DNA of 14,058 nt from Verrucomicrobiota bacterium (GTDB taxonomy: Bacteria; Verrucomicrobiota; Lentisphaeria; Lentisphaerales; Lentisphaeraceae), in the NCBI GenBank assembly GCA_039798785.1, contig JBDKFG010000095.1, positions 1 to 14,058 of the forward strand. The letters run 5' to 3'. Of this stretch, positions 7,903 to 14,058 are shown piece after piece. Each line of letters begins with the position of its first letter. Position 1 is the stretch's first letter. The position numbers were made by a program, and so were the translations under genes. The notes below the pieces were generated by a model. The model worked only from the letters and a program-made list of their open reading frames with translations. It had not been told where the DNA came from and ran no database searches.

Positions 7903-7911
7903 CAGGTTTAT

Positions 7912-9081
7912 ATGCAGATTCAGAGATCCGCTCTCTTGGCTCGAGTGGAAGAGGATATGGAGCTTTTTCCGGTCGTCGCCCTGCTGGGGCCGCGCCAGAT
8001 CGGCAAGACCACCTTGGCGCGGCAGGTCCTGCAGCGCCATCCCGGCGCCATCGCCTTGGATCTGGAGAAGCCGTCGGAGCGCCGCAAGCTGGACGATCCC
8101 GAGCGTTTCCTCCGGGCGCATGCAGACAAGCTTGTCTGCCTCGATGAAATCCAATTAGTTCCAGAGCTTTTTCCGGTCTTGCGCAGCTTGATCGACGAAG
8201 CCCGGCGCCCGGGGCGCTTCCTAATCCTCGGTTCCGCCGCCCCCGCCTTACTCCGACAAGGAGCCGAAACCCTGGCCGGCCGGATCGGCTTCATCGAGAT
8301 GGGCGGCATCGGCTTGACGGAATGGTCGGGCGTCGAGGGGCGCGGCGAGCCCCAGCAACTGTGGCAACGCGGCGGCTTCCCCGCCAGCCTCTTGGCTAGT
8401 TCCGAGCGCAGCAGTTGTCGCTGGCGGCAGGCCTTCATCCAGACCTTCCTGGAGCGGGATTTGCCGCAACTGGGCTTCCCCTGGCCCGCCGCCTCGCTGG
8501 AGAAATTCTGGACCATGTGCGCCCATTTGCACGGCCAGCCCCTCAATCTTTCCGATCTCGGCCGCTCGCTCGGCTGCTCGCATGTCACCATCCGCAGCCA
8601 GATCGATGCCCTGGTGGGAGCCTTCATCCTTCGCAGCCTCCCTTCCCTCGAAGCGAACATCGGCAAGCAGATCGTCAAAAGCCCCCGCATCTACCTGCGC
8701 GACAGCGGCCTGCTGCACCAGTTGCTCGGCATCGCCGATGCCGATAGCCTCTTCAGTCACCCCGTCTGCGGCGCCTCCTGGGAGGGCTTCGTCGTCGAAA
8801 ACCTCCTCAGCCAGCTTGAGCCCGAAGGCTGGAAGGGCTTTTATCACCGCGCCCGCAGCGGCAGCGAAATCGATCTGATCCTCCGCCGCGGCCAACGCCT
8901 GGTCGCAGTGGAGTGCAAGGCTTCCAGCGCCCCGGTCCTGAGCCGCGGCTTCTACGAGGCGCTGGACGATCTGAAAATCGCCGAAGCCTATGTCGCGGCC
9001 CCGGTCGACAGCCCCTACCCGCTCAAACAAGGCATCACTGCCGGAAGCCCTCTCGCCATCGCCGAAATTCTCCTGAAATAA
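7912..9081 (+). CDS. AAA_14 / DUF4143-type ATP-binding protein (P-loop ATPase + HTH + C-terminal PD-(D/E)xK-like motif), 389 aa
   Basis: Walker A GPRQIGKTT, Walker B VCLDEIQ, FLILGSA, ETLAGR, RGGFP, HTH-like LNLSDLGRSLGCSHVTIRSQIDAL, KSPRIYLRDSGLLH, GASWEGFV, EIDLIL...VAVECK. Confidence 0.9.
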   Translation: MQIQRSALLARVEEDMELFPVVALLGPRQIGKTTLARQVLQRHPGAIALDLEKPSERRKLDDPERFLRAHADKLVCLDEIQLVPELFPVLRSLIDEARRPGRFLILGSAAPALLRQGAETLAGRIGFIEMGGIGLTEWSGVEGRGEPQQLWQRGGFPASLLASSERSSCRWRQAFIQTFLERDLPQLGFPWPAASLEKFWTMCAHLHGQPLNLSDLGRSLGCSHVTIRSQIDALVGAFILRSLPSLEANIGKQIVKSPRIYLRDSGLLHQLLGIADADSLFSHPVCGASWEGFVVENLLSQLEPEGWKGFYHRARSGSEIDLILRRGQRLVAVECKASSAPVLSRGFYEALDDLKIAEAYVAAPVDSPYPLKQGITAGSPLAIAEILLK

Positions 9082-9083
9082 AC

Positions 9084-9116
9084 TACTAAATTGAAACACA
9101 ATCTTTCAATTTAGTA
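9084..9116. repeat. AT-rich palindrome immediately after the ATPase stop
   Basis: Perfect 13-bp arms TACTAAATTGAAA-CACAATC-TTTCAATTTAGTA. Same TTGAAA-N7-TTTCAA core as the upstream palindrome. Confidence 0.85.
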
Positions 9117-9120
9117 TGTT

Positions 9121-9774
9121 ATGAATCCCCAGGAGCCCATGACCCGCCTCGGTATCTGCCTCAGCCTCCTCATCGGCGCCCTGATCGGCGGCGGGCTCTC
9201 GCTACTCATCTTGCGCGATGCGCCCGCTGTAAAGCCGCAGGTCGCGGCGCCACTCCTTGCGCCGAGCGCAAAAGTGCCTGCGCCAGCCGCAAAAGTGCCT
9301 GCGCCAGCCGCAAAAGCGCCGGCGCCAGCCGCAAAAGCGCCGGCCGCAGCGGCCCCCGCCGCCCAGGTCGATCCAAAACTCGCCATGATCATCGTCGCCT
9401 TGTGCGACAATGAGCATCAAGGCATCGTGCCGGTGCCGGAAGCGCTCGGGCGCGGCGACGATCCCGCCACCAATCTCTACTGGGGCGCGATGTACGGACT
9501 CCGGACGCTGCTGCAGAAGCCGGACCCGGCATCGCCGCCGCAGTTTTCGCCTGCTAGAGCCAGGCCTATTTTGAGGGCCCCTGAGCGCCCTCGGCGCTCG
9601 CCCTCTCGCCTTGACGACGAACTTCATGGCGCCCGAGGGCTATGTGCCGCTCGCCTTGCTCGGCGCCTGGTGCCGACAGGCAGCCCCTGCCGCCACCTGT
9701 GAAGCCTTGGCCCAAGCCTATGCCCGCTACCAAGAATGTAGTCTCGAGGCGGCCGCTGCCTCTTCATCTGCTGA
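9121..9774 (+). pseudogene. Decayed conserved hypothetical exported protein (VALCDN..QGIVPVP...NLYWG family)
   Basis: N-terminal TM segment, a Pro/Ala linker, then VALCDNEHQGIVPVPEALGRGDDPATNLYWGAMYG. Protein-like text continues in another frame as AGPGIAAAVFAC*SQAYFEGP (TAG 9555-9557), then in a third frame as LSALGARPLALTTNFMAPEGY...AQAYARYQECSLEAA. Probable original stop TGA 9772-9774. Family recalled from memory, not searched. Confidence 0.7.
9268..9344 (+). repeat. In-frame 21-nt tandem repeat (about 3.7 copies) encoding AK(V/A)PAPA
   Basis: GCAAAAGTGCCTGCGCCAGCC twice, GCAAAAGCGCCGGCGCCAGCC once, then partial GCAAAAGCGCCGGC. Confidence 0.95.
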
Positions 9775-9903
9775 TAAATCAGCCTCTGTCTCGAAGTCGA
9801 TCTCGGTTGAAAATGACAAGTGAATGGCGTTTCGGCTCTCTACCGGAACAGTGCCTCGGGGTGTAATCTTCCAAGCTTTCATAAACCCCACGGAGACACC
9901 GCC

Positions 9904-12903
9904 ATGACCTACAACCCGAACGTCAACTTCCGCGAGTCCGCCAAGCACTACATCACCGCCAGCGAGGCCGACCTCCAGGCGATGCTCGGCGCCCTCGGCC
10001 TCAGCAAGCTGGAAGATCTCTACAAGCACATCCCCGACTCCGCCAAGTTCGACAAGCCTCTCGCCCTGCCCAACGCCCTCACCTGGCAGCAGAACCTCGC
10101 CGAGATGGAACGCATGGCAGGCGCCAACAAGATCCGCTCCTCCTTCATCGGCGACGGCCTCAAGGCCTACAAGGTTTCCGACGTCACCGGCCCGGTCTGC
10201 GGCATCCGCGAACTCACCACCTCCTACACCCCCTACCAGCCCGAGCGCTCGCAAGGCTCGCTCACCACCTTCTGGATCTACCAGTCGCTGATCGCCCAGA
10301 TCACCGGCTTCGAAGCCATCAACGCCTCGATGTACGACCGCGCCACCACTCTCTTCGAGTGCATCAAGACCGCCCTGCGCATCTCCAAGAAGGGCCAGAC
10401 CGTCCTCGTCCTCGACAGCATCTACCCCGGCGACCGCGAAGTCCTCGAGACTCACGTCATCGAAACCGGCATCAAGCTCGCCTGGGTCGAATGCGCCGCC
10501 TTCCCGATCACCGGCCAGATCACCGTCGACGCCGTCAAAAAGGTCGCCGCCGCCCATGAAGGCGATGTCGCCGCCATCGTCTTCCCGCAGATCAACAACG
10601 TCGGCACCCTCGCCGATGTCGATGGCCTCACCGACTTCGCCCACTCGATCGGCGCCCTCGCCCTCGGCGTCATCGACCCCATCCTCCTCGGCACCGGCGG
10701 CCTCAAGCCCCCCGCCCAATGGGGTGCCAAAGGCGCCGACCTCTTCGTCGCCGAAGGCCAGAACCTCGCCATCGGCCCCAACTTCGGCGGCCCCGGCCTC
10801 GGCATCTTCGGCATCCGCTACAACGCCGCCACCAAGAACAACATCCGCGCCACCGCCGGCCGCTTCGTCGGCGACGCCAAGGATGAAAAAGGCCGCCGCT
10901 GCAAGCTCCTCATCCTCTCCACCCGCGAACAGCACATCAAGCGCGAGAAGGCCAACTCGAACATCTGCTCGAACCAGGCCTACATCGCCACCGTCGCCGG
11001 CGCCGCCCTCCTCGCCCGCGGCGAACAAGGCCTGAAGGACGCCTTCACCACCGGCCGCCGCCTCGCCGCCAAGGCCGCCACCGAGCTCACCAAGTTCCCC
11101 GGCGTCGAACTCGCCTTCCCCGGCGTCGCCTTCGTCAACGAATTCACCCTCAAGCTCTCCAAGCACGCCAGCGAAGTGATCAAGGCCGGCCTCCACCTCG
11201 ACGTCGAAGTCGGCGTCGATGTCTCCGAGCGCATCGGCACCTCCTGCGGCTCCTACCTGATGCTCTGCTTCACCGACCTCCACACCGAGGCCGACCTCGC
11301 CAAGCTGCTCAAGGTCTTCGAGAACGTCTTCGGCGCCGCCTCCAAGGCCGCCGCCAAGATCACCGAGATCCCCGCCAGCGCCCACCGCCAGGGCGAACTC
11401 GGCCTCCTCTCCGTCCCCGCCGCCGAAGTCATCAAGTACTACCAGCAGCTCGGCACCCAGAACATCACGCCGGACTCGACCATCTACCCGCTCGGCTCCT
11501 GCACCATGAAGTACAACCCCTACCTCAACGACCACTGCGCCTCGCTGCCCGGCTTCGTCCACAGCCACCCGCAGGCCCCCGTCGAAGACGTCCAGGGCAA
11601 CATCGAGCTGATCTACCACACCCAGGAATGGTTCAAGGCGATCACCGGCCTCGCCGGCGTCACCACCCAGCCGGTCGCCGGCGCCCAGGGTGAACTGGTC
11701 GGCCTCAAGCTCTTCCAAGCCTACCACGCCGACCGCGGCGAAAAGCGCGACATCATCCTCATCCCCCACACCGCCCACGGCACCAACCCCGCCACCGCCG
11801 CCGTCGCCGGCATCGAAACCAAAGTGGTCGACGGCGTCGAATACGGCATCGTCGAGATCGACGCCAACTCCACCGGCGAAGTCCTCCTCGACCAGGTCGA
11901 AGCCCACGTCAAGAAGTACGGCAAGCGCATCATCGGCGTCATGTGCACCAACCCCAACACCTCCGGCGTCTTCGAAACCAACTTCGCCAAGATGGCCGAA
12001 CTGGTCCACTCCGTCGGCGGCCTGGTCTACATGGACGGCGCCAACATGAACGCCATCGCCGGCTGGGTCAACCTCGCCAAGATCGGCGTCGACGCGGTCC
12101 ACAACAACACCCACAAGACCTGGTCCATCCCCCACGGCGGCGGCGGCCCCGGCGACGCCTTCGTCGCGGTCTCCGAGAAGCTCCTCCCCTACCTGCCCGG
12201 CATCCAGGCGGTCAAGCTCGGCGAAGGTTCCTACACCCTCGTCCGCGCCCCCAAGTCGATCGGCAGCTTCCACCGCCACCACGGCAACTTCGCCCACAAG
12301 GTCCGTTGCCTGACCTACCTCTACGCCCTCGGCGGCGACGGCATCAAGAAGATGTCGGCGGTCGCGGTCCTCTCCGCCCGCTACCTCTTCAGCAAGCTGA
12401 GCAAGAAGTTCAAGGTCCTGCCCTCCGGCAACCACACCGGCCTCGTCATGCACGAGTTCATCCTCACCCTCCCTGAGGAGCTCTTCGCCAAGATCGAAGC
12501 CGTCGGCGTGCCCAAGTCGCTGATCATCAGCCGCGTCGGCAAGCTCTTCCTCGACTTCGGCTTCCACGCCCCCACCGTCGCCTTCCCCGAGCAGTACGGC
12601 CTGATGGTCGAACCCACCGAGTCCTACACCAAGGGTGAACTCGACAAGTTCGCCGAAGCCTGCCTCGCCATCTACGACCTCATCGATGCCCACCCCGAAG
12701 TGCTCACCACCGTGCCGCACTTCACCCCCATCGACCGCGTCATGGACGTCGAAGCCAACAAGAACCCGGTCCTCTCCGAGCGCCTCACCGCCCTCCCCGA
12801 GATCCTCCCCAACCGCACCGAGCCCGGCGCCATCACCAAGCTGCCCCTCGCCCAGGTGCGCGAAATGATCCTCGCCGCCCACAAGAAGGCCAAGCAAGGT
12901 TGA
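9904..12903 (+). CDS. gcvP: Glycine decarboxylase (glycine cleavage P protein), single-chain GcvPA-GcvPB-type fusion, 999 aa
   Basis: Motifs TSYTPYQPERSQG, NASMYD, FGGPGLG, TREQHIKREKANSNICSNQA, YPLGSCTMKYNP, AHGTNPATA, YMDGANMNA, HNNTHKTWSIPHGGGGPG (PLP lysine), MVEPTES. Start ATG 9904 with GGAG SD. Confidence 0.96.
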   Translation: MTYNPNVNFRESAKHYITASEADLQAMLGALGLSKLEDLYKHIPDSAKFDKPLALPNALTWQQNLAEMERMAGANKIRSSFIGDGLKAYKVSDVTGPVCGIRELTTSYTPYQPERSQGSLTTFWIYQSLIAQITGFEAINASMYDRATTLFECIKTALRISKKGQTVLVLDSIYPGDREVLETHVIETGIKLAWVECAAFPITGQITVDAVKKVAAAHEGDVAAIVFPQINNVGTLADVDGLTDFAHSIGALALGVIDPILLGTGGLKPPAQWGAKGADLFVAEGQNLAIGPNFGGPGLGIFGIRYNAATKNNIRATAGRFVGDAKDEKGRRCKLLILSTREQHIKREKANSNICSNQAYIATVAGAALLARGEQGLKDAFTTGRRLAAKAATELTKFPGVELAFPGVAFVNEFTLKLSKHASEVIKAGLHLDVEVGVDVSERIGTSCGSYLMLCFTDLHTEADLAKLLKVFENVFGAASKAAAKITEIPASAHRQGELGLLSVPAAEVIKYYQQLGTQNITPDSTIYPLGSCTMKYNPYLNDHCASLPGFVHSHPQAPVEDVQGNIELIYHTQEWFKAITGLAGVTTQPVAGAQGELVGLKLFQAYHADRGEKRDIILIPHTAHGTNPATAAVAGIETKVVDGVEYGIVEIDANSTGEVLLDQVEAHVKKYGKRIIGVMCTNPNTSGVFETNFAKMAELVHSVGGLVYMDGANMNAIAGWVNLAKIGVDAVHNNTHKTWSIPHGGGGPGDAFVAVSEKLLPYLPGIQAVKLGEGSYTLVRAPKSIGSFHRHHGNFAHKVRCLTYLYALGGDGIKKMSAVAVLSARYLFSKLSKKFKVLPSGNHTGLVMHEFILTLPEELFAKIEAVGVPKSLIISRVGKLFLDFGFHAPTVAFPEQYGLMVEPTESYTKGELDKFAEACLAIYDLIDAHPEVLTTVPHFTPIDRVMDVEANKNPVLSERLTALPEILPNRTEPGAITKLPLAQVREMILAAHKKAKQG

Positions 12904-12919
12904 GAGGTTGAAAAGCCTT

Positions 12920-12960
12920 TGAACTGCGCCCCCCGCAAAGTGATTTGCGGGGGGCGTTCA
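12920..12960. repeat. GC-rich hairpin after gcvP, copy 1 of a repeated palindrome
   Basis: Perfect 13-bp stem CGCCCCCCGCAAA-GTGA-TTTGCGGGGGGCG. No U-tract. Confidence 0.8.
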
Positions 12961-12976
12961 TCATCAAGGACGGCAA

Positions 12977-13168
12977 ATGAAAATCACACTTTGCAAATTG
13001 GGTATTGTCTTGTGCTTGGTTCTAGCTCTAGCCAAGATCATCGGCATGCTGGTTCTGTGGGAGTTTCGCGTCAACCAGCTTCTGTACACCTTAGGTTTGA
13101 TTGGTGTCGCCTACAGCCTCTGGGACTGGCTGAAAGCCCAGACGAAGAATCGCGAGACCAAAGGCTAA
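12977..13168 (+). CDS. Small hypothetical membrane protein, 63 aa, two predicted TM segments
   Basis: ATG preceded by AAGGA. Two hydrophobic stretches and a basic tail. Less C-biased codons than the housekeeping genes. Confidence 0.6.
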   Translation: MKITLCKLGIVLCLVLALAKIIGMLVLWEFRVNQLLYTLGLIGVAYSLWDWLKAQTKNRETKG

Positions 13169-13215
13169 GCAGACCCTACCAGCTCTGGTGCCAGAGCTGG
13201 AGGCTCTGGCTACCT

Positions 13216-13251
13216 TGCGCTCCCCCTGCAAAGCGATTTGCGGCGGGCGCA
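13216..13251. repeat. Degenerate copy 2 of the same hairpin
   Basis: TGCGCTCCCCCTGCAAA-GCGA-TTTGCGGCGGGCGCA, same orientation as 12925-12956. Confidence 0.75.
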
Positions 13252-13397
13252 TCGTGCAGATGCCGTCGGTTGACCGACTCCTCAGCGTCTCGGCTTGTAT
13301 GTATAGTCGAAGCAAGTGATAACTTAGCGCAAGACTTACCTCGGATTCAGCTTCATGAGGATTTCCCCCTAATCCGACTCCGCCGGAACCGAAGCTG

Positions 13398-13533
13398 AAC
13401 CACGGAGGACACGGAGGACACGTAATCAACCGCAGAAGACGCAGATGAACGCAGATGAGGAAACCCCAAACCCCAAATGACTTGGCGTCGCTGCGCTCCT
13501 GCTGAGGGAACCCGTAGCGCCGGGTTCCCCCAG
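13398..13533. repeat. Cluster of short-period repeats and a hairpin
   Basis: AAC(CACGGAGGA)2CACG at 13398-13422. AAC-CGCAGAAGA-CGCAGATGAA-CGCAGATGA at 13428-13458. (AAACCCC)2AAA at 13461-13477. Hairpin GGGAACCCG-TAGCGC-CGGGTTCCC at 13506-13529. Confidence 0.8.
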
Positions 13534-13638
13534 ATCCCTTCCCGACTCTCCGCTCTAAATTAGTGGCCAACTTTCTTGATTGCAGAATGTTATGATTATG
13601 AGACGCGGCATGTATCATGTGAAGCGGGAAACATCTAA

Positions 13639-13773
13639 ATGATCTTTAAAGCCTTTAAATTTATCGATGACAAAAGCAATAAGTGCTGGGCAGTTGAAAC
13701 GCTTGGACCGGCACTTGCCGTGCGGTATGGCAAAATCGGCACAATAGGTAAATTGTCGACTGCGGTCGACTGA
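13639..13773 (+). pseudogene. Truncated WGR-domain ORF (44 aa)
   Basis: MIFKAFKFIDDKSNKCWAVETLGPALAVRYGKIGTIGKLSTAVD*. Matches the WGR pattern (SNKFW...VRYGKIGT.G) but lacks the C-terminal helix. AT-rich. Possible extended -10 TGTTATGAT at 13588-13596. Confidence 0.7.
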
Positions 13774-13827
13774 AGTCGAGAGAGCTAAGCCGCGGAACTT
13801 TATCCCTCATTCATCTTGGAATTCGCT

Positions 13828-14058
13828 ATGATCCTCTCTCACCGCAGCAAAATCATCCTCTCCTGCCTCGGCATCGCCGCCGTGCCGCTGATCGTCGCCT
13901 GCTTCCTTCCCCAAAGAGACGCCTTCGACCGCTTACACCTCACGCCCGCACTGCCCAATAACCCGATCTACGCCGAACTCAAAGACCCGGTCGACACCCC
14001 GATCCCGAAGCTCAAGGCCAGCCTCAAAGAAGAACGCCAGCCCGATGGCTCGCTGCAC
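13828..14058 (+). CDS. Hypothetical protein with N-terminal signal/TM segment, 5' part only
   Basis: MILSHRSKIILSCLGIAAVPLIVACFLPQRDAFDRLHLTPALPNNPIYAELKDP..., open to the right edge, host-like codon usage. Confidence 0.7.
   Translation, partial: MILSHRSKIILSCLGIAAVPLIVACFLPQRDAFDRLHLTPALPNNPIYAELKDPVDTPIPKLKASLKEERQPDGSLH

Noticed and set aside
7879..9109. The two TTGAAA-N7-TTTCAA sites as a matched tyrosine-recombinase site pair
   Set aside because: The 7-nt spacers (ATAAATT versus CACAATC) do not match in either orientation, and no recombinase is present. Kept as binding sites or element ends instead.
9775..9903. Glycine riboswitch upstream of gcvP
   Set aside because: The conserved GGAGA...CCGAAG...CUCUCAGG pattern is not found. 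A cmscan would be the decisive test.
9727..12897. 1056-aa minus-strand ORF (and similar antisense ORFs at 409-1173, 1219-2607, 5775-6893)
   Set aside because: Shadow ORFs opposite strongly C-ending-codon genes. They have V/D/G/E-rich composition and no motifs.
12920..12960. Integron attC site
   Set aside because: AAC...GTT is present in copy 1 only. It does not fit RYYYAAC/GTTRRRY, is shorter than typical attC, and no integrase is in the window.

Overview
GC-rich bacterial DNA with strongly C-ending codons. The gene types suggest a PVC-group (Lentisphaerae/Planctomycetes/Verrucomicrobia-like) or deltaproteobacterial host, which is inference only. Apart from a minus-strand gene cut off at the left edge, all genes are on the + strand: a stand-alone spirochete/mitochondrial-type EF-G (fusA), a low-molecular-weight phosphatase, a 625-aa membrane-anchored helical-repeat protein, an AICAR-transformylase-only PurH, a start-less ankyrin remnant, an AAA_14/DUF4143-type ATPase, a decayed conserved hypothetical gene, a single-chain GcvPA-GcvPB fusion, a small 2-TM ORF, a truncated WGR-domain ORF and a partial gene at the right edge. 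The intergenic regions are mosaics of REP-like palindromes and 7-10 nt periodic repeats. The most striking observation is that the ATPase gene is tightly bracketed by two ~43-bp AT-rich sites. Each site is a palindrome (TTGAAA-N7-TTTCAA core), and the two are inverted repeats of each other. This defines an IS-sized single-gene unit (7868-9120) with no transposase. All family assignments come from motif recognition by eye; no searches were run.
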